From assembly GCA_963704165.1 (NCBI GenBank), contig CAVPHD010000002.1:64001-128000 (forward strand): a stretch of 64,000 nucleotides of DNA, written 5' to 3'. Numbering within the stretch: position 1 is the first letter of the stretch; every line of letters begins with the position of its first letter. Shown here piece by piece: positions 50,981 to 61,842 of this stretch. A model generated the notes under the pieces. It had not been told where the DNA came from and made no database searches. It saw only the letters and a list, made by a program, of their open reading frames with translations. Source of the DNA: an uncultured delta proteobacterium. Lineage in GTDB: Bacteria > Myxococcota_A > UBA9160 > SZUA-336. The translations under genes and the position numbers were made by a program.

Positions 50981-52387
50981 CTAGGGAAGAAGCGCGGGCG
51001 CGTCGAGGATGATGTCGGCGGCGTCGATGCCGCCGGCGGGGTCGTCGAGGTCGATCGGGAGGCTGGCGAGTCCGAAGTCGGCACCGACCGCGGAGGGCTC
51101 GTCGCCGAGCCGCCAGTAGTGGAGCAGCGCGTCGGTAGACTGGTAGGCGCCGAGATTCGCGCGCAGGTCGAGCGAGTGTCCGCGCAGCCAGAGCTCGTCG
51201 ATCTCGTCGTCACCGAGCGCGACGTCGAAGAGCGCGACGTGGCCGATCGCGCCGTACCAGGTTCCGACGCCGGCGTCGCCCGTGCTGCCGATGAGAATGC
51301 GTCCCGCCGAATCCGAGAACACCGGCGCGTGTCCTGTGAACTCGGAGCTCGCGGGCCCAAGCACGTGTCCATCGACGAAGAGAATGGGTGAGGCGTCGAC
51401 TTCCGCGTCGAAGGTCAGCGCGACGAGCTGCCACTCGGCCGCGACGAGCGCGGATCCGTACGTCGCCTGGTACACCAGCTGGCCCGACGCGTTGTGGACG
51501 GTCATCTCGAGCTCGGCTCCGTTCGCGATCAGCTCGACGCGATTCTCGGTCGCGTCGCTGCCGCCGCGCACGCTGATCAGCGCACGGCGACCGCTGGCCC
51601 GGGGATCGGCGAGCACCCAGACCGAGAGCGAGAACTCCCGGGTCGCGCCGAGCGCGTAGGCCGTGGAGCTCGCGAGGTACTCACCGGCGCCGTCGAAGTC
51701 GAGCGCGCGCAACGCGGTCGAGCTCGCGCCTGCCCCGCCCTCGTCCCCGTCGGAGCTCGCGCTCGTCGCGCTCGAATCGCCCGCCGAGCCGCCCGACGCG
51801 GTCGAGCCCGAAGGGCTCGCGCTGCTCGACAGGGCATTCGGCACGCTCGGCGCGGGCGCGCTCGGCCCCGGGTCGGACTCGCCGACGGAAACCGCCGACG
51901 ACCCGCTCGAGCTCGAAGCGGGCGGGATCACGATCTCGTTCGAGTAGCCCGAGAACGCGCTTGCAGAGTAGGCCCGCATCGCGAGGTAGCTGTACGAATT
52001 GCGCGGGACTTCGATCGCGAACTCGAGCACGCCCGAGCCCCCGTCCTGCGCCGACGCGATCGGGATGTCGATCTGCGTGCCCCCGCTGTACCGGCCGGTC
52101 GCGGTCGCGACCGAGAGCCGATAGCCGACGATTCCGGCGGACTCCGACGGCAGGAACCGGATCGTGGCCGACTGCGTGGCCACGGGTACAGGGGGTGGTG
52201 GCGTCGTCGTTCCCCCGCCCCCGCTGCTCGGCGGTGGGCTCGTGCTTCCTCCGCCCGACGACGGAGCGTCGCCGCCTCCGCCACCACCTCCGCCGCCGCA
52301 CGCGAGCGTGGCGATCAGGCAGCAGGCGACGAGCAGTCTTGTGCCCCCTCCCGCTGCGCGACCGAAGGACTGGTGAACCGACGCCAT
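50981..52387 (-). CDS. Lipoprotein with FN3-like and LamG domains
   Basis: LAC lipobox, Gly/Ser linkers, ALDFDG..WQLVALTFD..G.IGHVALFD.AL. Confidence 0.75.
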   Translation of the reverse strand: MASVHQSFGRAAGGGTRLLVACCLIATLACGGGGGGGGGDAPSSGGGSTSPPPSSGGGGTTTPPPPVPVATQSATIRFLPSESAGIVGYRLSVATATGRYSGGTQIDIPIASAQDGGSGVLEFAIEVPRNSYSYLAMRAYSASAFSGYSNEIVIPPASSSSGSSAVSVGESDPGPSAPAPSVPNALSSSASPSGSTASGGSAGDSSATSASSDGDEGGAGASSTALRALDFDGAGEYLASSTAYALGATREFSLSVWVLADPRASGRRALISVRGGSDATENRVELIANGAELEMTVHNASGQLVYQATYGSALVAAEWQLVALTFDAEVDASPILFVDGHVLGPASSEFTGHAPVFSDSAGRILIGSTGDAGVGTWYGAIGHVALFDVALGDDEIDELWLRGHSLDLRANLGAYQSTDALLHYWRLGDEPSAVGADFGLASLPIDLDDPAGGIDAADIILDAPALLP

Positions 52388-52625
52388 GCGGGGAACATCG
52401 TCAAGATTTCCGCGCTGCAACGTGATGGGGAACACGAACGGAGAGAAAGCGCGGGCACTTCGCGAGAAATCTTCCGACTCCGCGAGGACCGGATCCAAGC
52501 GGGTAGCGTCCCCCTCACCGACCGGCAGGAAGGGTTCGTCCGTAGGCAAGAAGACCCCGGGCGCACGCAACCCGACACTTCCTTGCGTCACGAGCCCACT
52601 CTCGACCGACGACTGGAGGGTCGGC

Positions 52626-54407
52626 ATGAGACGTCCGATTGCGCTGGGAACCGTGGGCTGTATTGCGGCCGTGGCTTTGATCGCACAAGCGGTCGATCCC
52701 GGTCCGAAGGATCTCTGGGTGCATCCCCGCGGCGACGCGTACGAGCCGAAGATCCACTACAAGGCTCCGACCGGCGAGCTCTTCTATCACGCGGAGAACG
52801 ACATCGAGGGCACACTCGACGACTTCGCCGTCGACCAGCGTCACCCGCTCCGGTTCAGTATCGGCATCGGTCGGCAGCTCCGCGAGCGCGCACGCCTGGG
52901 TCAGGGGATGCTTCGGCCGGTCTTCCTCTGGGACTCGAACGGCGACGGCAAGGTCGATCGCTCGCACACCGGCAAGATCGTCGATGGCCGCGCGGTCTTC
53001 GAGCCACCGGACTCGATCGACCTCGCCCACGTCTACTTCCAAATCGGTGTGCGCTTCCTGGCCGAGCCGGAAGGCGACCGCACGATCGATCGCCGCTACC
53101 TGGCGTCGGTCGATTCGAGCACGCTGGCCTCGAAGCTCGCCGAGCTGCCCGAGGTCGCCGCCGCCCCACCCGAGCCGCCTCCCGGTTTGCAGATCCTCAA
53201 GCATCGCGGAGACACGGCATTCGACTTCGACGCGTTCCTCGTGGACCCCGCTGCACACGTCGCGGAGTTCGACGCGTTGACCCGGGACGCGGACACGGAC
53301 GACTGGACCATCGATGACGACGGGGGCCGCCTCGTCACTCACTTCGAGCGCGAGGACCTCTTCATCGTGCGTGCGACCGGCGGACTCGGACTCGAGATCC
53401 TCTGGGGAGACCTGCCGCTCGAGACGTACCTCTCGAAGAATCTCGAGGCCAAGCCCGATGACGCGGGCTGCACCCACACGCGCAACGCCTCGCTCGTGGG
53501 CGAGAACGGGAACAAGGCCGTGGTGCCCCAGCGCATCCTCTACTGTCCGGGTCAGGCGTTCGCGTTCTTCGACGCGCCCGACGGCTACGAAGCCGAGCTC
53601 GCCGCGACGCGAGGGGACGAGCGGATCGACGCGACCGAAGCCGGAACCTCGTTCAAGGACAACCTCCGCCTCTACGCGAAAGAGATCAACCCGCGCAGCG
53701 CCTCGTCGCGCGCGACGGGCACGGTGGGAGGGAACGTCCGCGCGAGCTTCGTAGACGCGGGGAACGATCTGCTCGACCTCGGTCGCCACGCGTTCATGGG
53801 CGAGACGCGAACCCATCAGCACGAAGGGACCGAGTCGTACCGCGTCTCGCCGATCCAGATGATTCCGTACGCGGTCTACGATCTCGCGCGGCTTCGGCCG
53901 GGCTCCGCGGCGGGGCGGATCTTCACCGGCCTCGAGAGCAGCGTGCAGACGGTCGCGGACGCGGTCAGCGCGGCGAACAACGCCGTGGTCGTTCCGCTCG
54001 CACAAGTCACCGTCGGCGCGGCCGTCTCGCCGGAAGCCGCCGATTCGGTCGGCGACGGATTCGGTGTGGCGACGTCCGCCGTCGCGAAGAACCTGCCCGC
54101 GAGCGAGCGGATGCAGGGCGCCTGGAATCCCCTCGCCTTCAAGCGCCACGACCGCGCCTACGCGCCGAGCGCCTTCACGCGCACGGACACGCAGCTCAAC
54201 ATCGATCGGCTCCTCTCCGTACTCGACGCCTATCTGATTGGCGCGATCCACGACCACAACCGAAACGACGGTCACAGCCACGGGTCGGGAGACGGAGACG
54301 GTGGTGGCGGCGGTGGCGGCGGAAGTCCTCCGCCCACCGGTGGCGGTGGAGGCTCGACGCCCCCGCCCTCGACTCCGCCGGTCAAGCCCCCGCCGGTCTG
54401 CCGGTAG
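52626..54407 (+). CDS. Hypothetical secreted protein, Gly/Pro-rich tail
   Basis: 593 aa after GGAGG RBS; signal peptide; DSNGDGKVD. Confidence 0.7.
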   Translation: MRRPIALGTVGCIAAVALIAQAVDPGPKDLWVHPRGDAYEPKIHYKAPTGELFYHAENDIEGTLDDFAVDQRHPLRFSIGIGRQLRERARLGQGMLRPVFLWDSNGDGKVDRSHTGKIVDGRAVFEPPDSIDLAHVYFQIGVRFLAEPEGDRTIDRRYLASVDSSTLASKLAELPEVAAAPPEPPPGLQILKHRGDTAFDFDAFLVDPAAHVAEFDALTRDADTDDWTIDDDGGRLVTHFEREDLFIVRATGGLGLEILWGDLPLETYLSKNLEAKPDDAGCTHTRNASLVGENGNKAVVPQRILYCPGQAFAFFDAPDGYEAELAATRGDERIDATEAGTSFKDNLRLYAKEINPRSASSRATGTVGGNVRASFVDAGNDLLDLGRHAFMGETRTHQHEGTESYRVSPIQMIPYAVYDLARLRPGSAAGRIFTGLESSVQTVADAVSAANNAVVVPLAQVTVGAAVSPEAADSVGDGFGVATSAVAKNLPASERMQGAWNPLAFKRHDRAYAPSAFTRTDTQLNIDRLLSVLDAYLIGAIHDHNRNDGHSHGSGDGDGGGGGGGGSPPPTGGGGGSTPPPSTPPVKPPPVCR

Positions 54408-54416
54408 CTCTGCGGT

Positions 54417-55632
54417 TCAGCCGACGCTCGTCGCGCGAAGTCTCGATCCGAGAACGAGCGACGTGAGGCAGACGGCCGTCCCCATGAGCCCGAGCGCACC
54501 GCGTTCGCCGAGCGTGTCCGCGAGCCAGCCGATCGGAAGGCCCATCAGCCCGAAGCCCGCGAACGCAAGCGCGGAGAGCGACGTGACGCGACCGAAGAAG
54601 GTGGTGTCGGTCTCGCGCACGATCACGGCGGCGTTCAGCGACTGGAAGCCGCCGCTGCCCGCACCGATCGCGAACATCGCGACGAGCGCGACGAGGTAGT
54701 TCGGCGCCAGGGCCAGGCCCAGAAGCGCGACACCGAAGCCGAGCGCCATCGTGGTGTAGATCCAGAGCGCATGCCGCGAGTCGGCGAAACGCGCGACGCC
54801 GAGCGAGGCGGTCAACGCGCCGACCGCGGAGACCCCGTAGAGCGTGCCGACGCCGTGGGCGTCGCGCCCGAGCGCGTGCTCGAGCAGTCCCGGCAGAACC
54901 GTCACGTACGGGTACCCGATCATGATCACCGAGACGAAGAAGATCAGCATCAGCCGCAGACGCCGCTGCGCGCGCACGTAGCGCAGTCCCGCCGCGATGT
55001 CGGCGAGCACGTGCGCATCGCGGGCGCCGGCACGAACGACCGATCGCGGCAGGAGCAAGAGCCCCGACGCCGAAGCCGTGTAGAACCCGGCCATCATCAG
55101 GTACGCGCCCGTCGCACCGGCGAACGCCCAGGCGAGGAAGAGCCCCGCCACCGACGGACCGAGCACGCGCGACGCGCTGTGCCCGACCTGCGTCAGCGCG
55201 AGCGCGTTGCCCCTCTGCTCGGCCGGAACGAGATCGACGGTGAGCGCCTGCCGGGCCGGGCCGAGGAACGCGAAGGTCGCGCCCATGACGAGCGAGCCGA
55301 GCGCAAGGTACTCGACGCGGATCGTGCCGGTCGCAACCGAGAGCGCGAGCAGCAGGAAGACCGTCGCGGTCACCGACTGCGACGACGCGATCAGACGCCG
55401 CTTGCGCACGCGATCGGCGAACGCGCCACCGAACGGACCGAGCAGAAGCATCGCCAGCCCCTGCGCGGCAACCACCGAGCCGACGGCGCGGTTCGTGCCG
55501 GTCAGCTCGAAGGCGACCACGCTCTGGACCACGGTGGACATGAAGAACGCGAGAAACGAGAAGAACGTGCTGATCCAGAGGATCCGAAAGTCGTACAGAC
55601 GCAGAGCCGAGAAACGTCCCGGCCACGCTCAA
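54417..55632 (-). CDS. MFS transporter (+1 frameshift near 55612)
   Basis: GAFADRVRKRR motif; FSAL..YDFRILW N-terminus out of frame with the start codon. Confidence 0.85.
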
Positions 55633-56104
55633 TCCGGCGAAGTGGCGTCACCCTCGCGGAGCGACTTCAGCACGAGGTCGAGGTCCGCGTGGTCGCCCGC
55701 TTCGCGGCTCCGGTGCGAGAACGCGACGCCACCGCCGCGCCGGATCACGAAGACGCCGCCGAGCTGGAACGCATCTCGACGAATCCTCGGCGCGGGCCCG
55801 CTGCGCGATACGCCTCGAGGTCCGGGTCGATGAGGAGCGGGAAGTCGAGGTCGACGTCCTCGCGGAACGCCGACGCAAAGTAGCGCGATCCGTTGCCGAC
55901 GACCGCGATCTCCGCGCCCGTCTCCCGGATCTCGCCCGACCAATCGCGCAACTGCGCGACTTGCTCCCGGCAGAAGATTCAGCCGAAGTGGCGCACGAAG
56001 ACGAGCACGACGGCGCGTCCGCGCCAGAGCTCGCCGAGCCTTTGCCGGCTGCCCGAGGAGTCCTCGAGCTCGATCCCGGCGAGGGCGACGTCGGCGTCCG
56101 TCAT
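55629..56104 (-). CDS. AhpC/TSA (peroxiredoxin-like, SelU/FAM213-type) probable selenoprotein; frameshift/deletion near 55775
   Basis: VFVRHFG-TGA-IFCREQVAQLR (UxxC), hairpin after TGA, QLGGVFVI C-terminus. Confidence 0.8.
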
Positions 56105-56109
56105 CGCGC

Positions 56110-56412
56110 TCAGCGAACCGGGCCCGACGCCGAGATCGTGTACTTCTGCACGTCGAAGTCGCGCACGCCGAACTTCCCGAGCTCCGCCTGGAAGCGCGCC
56201 ATGTGGGGTGCACGGAAGTGGGCGTCGAGCGCGGTCTGCGACTCCCAGCGCTCGAAGAGATGGAAACGCGTCGGATCCGCGAGATCACACGAGAACGTGT
56301 AGGCGTGGCAGCCCTCTTCCTTTCGCGTCTCGATCATCATCGCGGTCGCGGCCGCGATGGCGGCTTCGCGCTGCGCAGCGTCGATTCGAAACGTTCCGCC
56401 GACGATCAGCAC
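56110..56412 (-). CDS. ABM-domain (putative quinol monooxygenase) protein
   Basis: TRKEEGC..Y, FERWES..ALDAHF..PHM. Confidence 0.88.
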   Translation of the reverse strand: MLIVGGTFRIDAAQREAAIAAATAMMIETRKEEGCHAYTFSCDLADPTRFHLFERWESQTALDAHFRAPHMARFQAELGKFGVRDFDVQKYTISASGPVR

Positions 56413-56514
56413 GCGCGACTCCTCGCTCCCGAATCGGGGCAGGCCGAGTCTAGCTCACGACGCCGGGCGCAGCCCCGACTGGCGCGACGGTCCGGCAACC
56501 GGCAAAGAATACGC

Positions 56515-57255
56515 ATGACGACCCAGCCCGACGGAAACGGCCTCTCCATCGGACCCGGCACTCGCAGTGCCGAGCTGCTGCGCGCGATTCGCTTCTGCAT
56601 CGAATTCATCCGCGGCTTTCGCGCGCTTCACTTCGTCGGACCCTGCGTGACGATCTTCGGCTCGGCTCGCTTCGACGAGGACCACCGGTACTACCAGCTC
56701 GCGCGGGACGCCGCGCAGCACATCGGTCGGGCGGGATTCACCGTCATGACAGGAGGCGGCCCCGGCATCATGGAGGCCGCGAACCGCGGCGCACGCGACG
56801 TCGGCGCCGGCTCCGTCGGATGCAACATCCAGCTTCCGATGGAGCAGGTGCCAAATCCCTATCTCGATCGCTTCATCGAGTTCGAGCACTTCTTCGTGCG
56901 CAAGCTGATGCTCGTGAAGTACTCGTACGCGTTCATCGCGTTGCCGGGCGGCTTCGGCACGCTCGACGAGGTCTTCGAGGTCGCGACCCTGATGCAGACG
57001 CGGAAGATCGAGACCTTCCCGTGCGTGCTGATGGGCGTGGACTACTGGGCTCCGGTTCGCGAGTTCATCGAGCGCGAGATGGTCGGTGCGGGAACGATCA
57101 CGGCCGACGACGCCGCGAGACTTCTCTTCACGGACGATCCCGAGGAAGCGGCGCGTTGGATTTCCGATCGCACCTCTCACCTCGTCGCGCGGCACCGGCC
57201 ACCGCGACCCCGGCGTATTCTCGGCGAGCGGAACGTGGAGCCCGGTCACGGATGA
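56515..57255 (+). CDS. LOG family protein (second paralog)
   Basis: FGSAR, TGGGPGIMEAANRGA, PGGFGTLDE. Confidence 0.92.
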   Translation: MTTQPDGNGLSIGPGTRSAELLRAIRFCIEFIRGFRALHFVGPCVTIFGSARFDEDHRYYQLARDAAQHIGRAGFTVMTGGGPGIMEAANRGARDVGAGSVGCNIQLPMEQVPNPYLDRFIEFEHFFVRKLMLVKYSYAFIALPGGFGTLDEVFEVATLMQTRKIETFPCVLMGVDYWAPVREFIEREMVGAGTITADDAARLLFTDDPEEAARWISDRTSHLVARHRPPRPRRILGERNVEPGHG

Positions 57256-57277
57256 CGAGTCGAACGGAGGAGGTCCA

Positions 57278-59683
57278 TTGACCCATTGCAGGATCATCTT
57301 GGCGATCGCGATCGCGGCCGTGAGCGCGTTCTCGGGCTGCAGCTCCACTCCCCCGACGGTGCCGATCGCGCCCGCCGCCGCGCCTTCGACCGTCGACCTC
57401 GATCCGTGGCCGCGCGAGATCCAGACGAAAACGGAGCTGCTCCGGATCTACTCGCCGCAGGTCGAGTCCTGGCAGGGCAATCTGCTGAAGTTCCGATTCG
57501 CGATCTCGGCCGCGGCCATGTCCACCGGCAAGGAGAGCTTCGGCGTCGTCTGGGGCGAGGCGCGCACGCACGTCGATCGAGAAGCGCGGATGGTCGCGCT
57601 CGAGGGGCAGACGCTGACGCGAGCCAACTTCCCGAGCCTGCCCGACAACGGCGCGGGTCTTCTCGCCGAGCTCGCGGCGAAGGTCGCTCTCGAAGCCAGG
57701 ACCGTCGCGCTCGATCGCATCGAGGCGTCGCTCGCCGCCTCCGGTGCGGCGACCCTGAGCCCGAAGCCGGTGAAGAACCCGGTGCCGAAGATCATCGTCC
57801 GCCAGGTCCCTTCGGTCCTGATTCCCGTCCGGGGCGCGCCGGAGCTGCGCAAGATCCCCGAGCAGCGCTTCGTGCGTGTGCTCAACTCCCGCGCACTGAT
57901 CGTGCGGGAGGAGAACGGCCGCAGCTACTACCTGCATCTCTACGATGGCTGGCTCGAGGCACCCGCCGTCGCCGGTCCCTGGGCGCTCGCGGGAACCCTT
58001 CCGCTCGGGATCGACGCGCTGGCCAGGAGCCTCGCCGCAGTGGGACAGGTCGATCTGCTCGACGGCGGGAGCGCGCAGCCACCGCCGTCGCTCGGCAACG
58101 GGGTGCCTGCGGTCATCGTCCGCTCGGAACCTGCCGAGCTGATCGTGACCCACGGTCCGCCCGAGTTCGTCCCGATCTCGGGAACGTCCCTACTCTTCTG
58201 CTCGAACACCACCAGCGATCTGATCCTCGATGAATCGAAGGCGGCCTACTACCTGCTGATCTCCGGCCGCTGGTACCAAGCGCGCGGCCTGACGGGACCG
58301 TGGAGCTTCGTCTCGAGCTCGGCGCTCCCGGCCGACTTCGCCGCAATCCCGACGAGCTCGCCCGCGGGGGTCGTGCTCGCGTCCGTCGCGGGAACGCCGC
58401 AGGCCCACGAAGCGGTGATCTCGAACTCGGTGCCGCAGACCGCATCGGTTTCGCTCGCCGATCCGCCGCGCCTCGACGTGAGCTACGACGGTGCGCCGAC
58501 GTTGCGACCGATCCCCGGCACGCCCCTGCAGTACGTTGCGAACTCGGCGACGCCGGTGATCCGGGTCGCGGCGAATGACTGGTACGCGGTGCACGCGGGA
58601 GTCTGGTTCTCCTCGAAGTCCACCACCGGCCCGTGGACGGTCGCGCGCGCCGTGCCGAGCGTCATCTACACGATCCCGACCCAATCTCCGCTCCACTACG
58701 TCACCTACGTGCAGGTCTACGAGGCGACGGCCGAGTCCGTGCAAGTGGGATACACGCCGGGCTACCTCGGCACGGTCGTCGCTCCCGAAGGCGTCGTGGT
58801 CTACGGCACGGGTTATGACTACGCGCCCTGGATCGGCACCGTCTACTACGAGGCACCGCCGACCTACGGCGTGGCCGCGCAGCCGATCTACAACCCCGAG
58901 GTCGGCTGGAGCTACGGGTACGGGGAGGGACTGGCTACGCCCGCCGTCGTCGGCGTCTGGGGTACACCGTACTACTACGGCGCCGTGTATCACGGCTACC
59001 CGTGCTGCGCCTCGACGAGCGTCAACGTCTACGGACACGCCGGCGCCGTCAACTACTCGGGAACCGCTCACACGTACGTGAATTCGTCGAGCTACGGCGT
59101 GAAGTCGAGCGGCAGCTACGCGAACACGCGAACGGGAACGACCGGAACCTACGACACCAACCGGAGCTACAACTACGACACGAACACGAGCAAGACTTCG
59201 GCGAGCCGCACGTACGACACCGCGGCGGGCGGCAGCGGCAGCGCGAGTCACAGTGGCAGCTACGACTGGGACAACGGGCGATACACGACTTCGTCGAGCC
59301 GATCGGGGACGACCGCGTCGGGGAGCGACTACAGCCACTCGTCCTCGACGAGCGGTGGCGGAGGGCAGCCCGCGAGCGTCGATCGCGAGACGTCCTACAC
59401 GAGCTCGAAGACCGGACAGACCTACACCACGGGTACGGGCGAGCGAGGCAACGACCTGTACGCGAGCCCGAGCGGGGAAGTGCACCAGAACACCGCAGGC
59501 GGCTGGCAGAAATCGACGGCCGGCGGCTGGCAGCGCGCGGGCGGGGACAACGCCTGGGCCGACCGCGAAGCGCAGGGACGAAGCCGGGCGCAGTCGAGCT
59601 TCGGCAGCTTCAGCGGCCGTGGCGGATTTGGCGGCGGTGGACGCGGTGGATTCGGCGGCGGTGGCGGCGGACGGCGTCGCTGA
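57278..59683 (+). CDS. Large lipoprotein, WPR/YxPQ family with Ser/Thr/Gly-rich and RGG tail
   Basis: TTG start after GGAGGAGG; FSGC lipobox; GYTPGY.G, VVYGTGY; GGRGGFGGGGGGRRR end. Confidence 0.75.
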   Translation: MTHCRIILAIAIAAVSAFSGCSSTPPTVPIAPAAAPSTVDLDPWPREIQTKTELLRIYSPQVESWQGNLLKFRFAISAAAMSTGKESFGVVWGEARTHVDREARMVALEGQTLTRANFPSLPDNGAGLLAELAAKVALEARTVALDRIEASLAASGAATLSPKPVKNPVPKIIVRQVPSVLIPVRGAPELRKIPEQRFVRVLNSRALIVREENGRSYYLHLYDGWLEAPAVAGPWALAGTLPLGIDALARSLAAVGQVDLLDGGSAQPPPSLGNGVPAVIVRSEPAELIVTHGPPEFVPISGTSLLFCSNTTSDLILDESKAAYYLLISGRWYQARGLTGPWSFVSSSALPADFAAIPTSSPAGVVLASVAGTPQAHEAVISNSVPQTASVSLADPPRLDVSYDGAPTLRPIPGTPLQYVANSATPVIRVAANDWYAVHAGVWFSSKSTTGPWTVARAVPSVIYTIPTQSPLHYVTYVQVYEATAESVQVGYTPGYLGTVVAPEGVVVYGTGYDYAPWIGTVYYEAPPTYGVAAQPIYNPEVGWSYGYGEGLATPAVVGVWGTPYYYGAVYHGYPCCASTSVNVYGHAGAVNYSGTAHTYVNSSSYGVKSSGSYANTRTGTTGTYDTNRSYNYDTNTSKTSASRTYDTAAGGSGSASHSGSYDWDNGRYTTSSSRSGTTASGSDYSHSSSTSGGGGQPASVDRETSYTSSKTGQTYTTGTGERGNDLYASPSGEVHQNTAGGWQKSTAGGWQRAGGDNAWADREAQGRSRAQSSFGSFSGRGGFGGGGRGGFGGGGGGRRR

Positions 59684-59749
59684 GCGAAGTTCCGTTCGAC
59701 GAACGTGGCGCGCATGGTGTAATCAGCGGGCCAAGGGAGAGCCTTCGCG

Positions 59750-60107
59750 ATGTCGAACGCATTCAAGCTCGCACTGCTGGGGGCCGCCGCGCTGGTCAGC
59801 GGATGTCAGACGACCCAGCAGCAGCTCGACGCCCAGAAGCCGAACGCGATGGAGACGGCGCTCCGTCGCGGCCGCTTCGACCTCGGCTGTCCGAACGCGA
59901 CGGCCGTTCTCCTGTCCGACGACTTCATCCAGCCAGCGATCCAGGGACCGTTCGTGATGGGAATCGAACGCATGGAGTACACCGTAGGCATCGAGGGCTG
60001 CGGCAAGCGCACGACGATCGTCGTGATGTGCCAGGAGGGGCTCGCAGACCTGCTTCGCCGCGAATCCGAATCGCGTCTTCGAGAACAGCCCGTACCGGAA
60101 TCGGTGA
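59750..60107 (+). CDS. Small Cys-containing lipoprotein (+1 G near 60038)
   Basis: VSGC lipobox; removing one G gives MCQEGSQTCFAA... and a stop just before the next RBS. Confidence 0.7.
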
Positions 60108-60119
60108 AGGGAGAACCGG

Positions 60120-61824
60120 ATGGCCGAGATCACTGGAGGCGAGCTTCTGGTTCGCTGCCTCGCGAACGAGGGTGTGAAGCACCTGTTCGGGCTGCCGTGC
60201 CCGGAAGCGGATCCGATCCTCGCGGCGCTCGACGCACACGGAATCCGCTTCGTTCCGGTCCGCCACGAGGCCGCGGGCGTGCACATGGCCGAGGGTCTCT
60301 ACAAGACCAGCGGGCAGGTCTCGGCCGTGCTCGGCAATCCCGGACCCGGCTCCGCGAACCTGCTGCCCGGCGTGATCACCGCGCGACACGAAGGCGTGCC
60401 GGTCATCGTCATCACCGCCCAGCACCGGCTCGGCATCGTGTACCCCTCGCCGCCGTCGACGTTCCAGGGACAGGACCAGCTCGACGTCTTCCGCCCGACC
60501 GTGAAGTGGGGCGGGCCGATCCTCTCCTGGGATCGGATTCCGGACGTCACGCGCATCGCGTTTCGCGAGCTGTGGCTCGGGCGCCCCGGTCCCGTGCACC
60601 TCGAGGTCCCGATGCCGGTCGTCTACGCGACGGGGAACTCCGAGCTCGTGCCGATTCTCGCACCCGAGCGCTACCGCGCGCCGCTCCCGCAGCCGTCGGA
60701 TGCGGCGCTCGAGCGAGCCGCGGAGCTGCTCTCTGCGGCGACGCGGCCGCTCGTCATCTCCGGCGCCGGCGTCGATCGCGCGGGTGCGAACGGCGCCCTG
60801 CTTCGGATCGTCGAGGCGCTCGGCTGCCCCGTCCTCACGACGATGGCCGGTCGCTCGACGTTCCCGCTCGACCACCCGAACCACCTCTACGGCTACGGCC
60901 CGGGCGCGGATGCGGCGCGGCGCGAGGCCGACGTCGTCCTGGTCGCGGGCTCGCGGCTCGGCAATCTCGACCTGCCCTTCGACAAGTACTGGGGCGATCC
61001 ATCGCACGCGAAGATCATCCAGATCGACATCGACGCGCGGCACATCGGCGTCACCCGCCCGCTCGAGCTCGGCATCGTCGCCGACCTCGCGACGTCGCTC
61101 GACGGCCTCTCGCGTCGGCTCGAGCGAGCTTCAGGCAAGCGGAGCGACGGCGGCGCGCTGGCGAGCTACCAGGAGCTCGCTCGTGCGGCACGCGAGAAAC
61201 AGATGGCGGCCGTGACGAGCTGGTCCGGACCGGGCATCCATCCCGCGCACGCGCTCGAGACGATCGGAAGCGTCTTCGGACGCGACGCGATCTATGTCGC
61301 CGACGGCGGCATGACCTCGCTCTGGTCGCACTGGTTCCTGCCTCCGACGCAGCCGCGCTCGTACCACAACATCCTCGAGCTCGGCATGCTCGGCACGGGA
61401 ATTCCGTCGGCGATCGGCGCCCGTCTCGCCGAGCCGTCGCGCGACGTCGTCTGCGTCACCGGGCGACGGGGCCGCCGGCTTCAACTTCATGGAGATGCAG
61501 TCCGCGGCGCGCGAGGGGCTGAAGCTCACGACCATCGTCTTCGCCGAAGGCTCGTGGACGATGGAGGAGCCGAACGAGCGAATGCGCTACGGCAAGACCT
61601 TCGGCACCGCGATGGGCGAGGTGCGCTGGGACCGCGTCGCCGAGGGACTGGGTTGTCGCGGGCACTTCGTCGAGAAGCAGGACGAGCTCGAGCCCGCGCT
61701 TCGCGAAGCGCGACGCTTCGACGGGCCGACGGTGATCTGCGTGAAGACCAATCGCGACGCGAACCTCGCGGTTCCCGGCGATCTGATGCTCCGCTTCACC
61801 GAGGTCTACTCGGGTCCGATGTAG
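60120..61824 (+). CDS. Thiamine pyrophosphate-binding protein (acetolactate synthase-like), +1 G near 61462
   Basis: RHEAAG, PGPGSAN, GRPGPVHL; GDG motif restored by removing one G. Confidence 0.9.
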
Positions 61825-61842
61825 CGAGCCGCAGCGGGGCGC

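Noticed and set aside
52190..52300. GGC/GGT-rich tracts here and at 54290-54370, 59610-59680
   Set aside because: Gly/Pro low-complexity coding linkers
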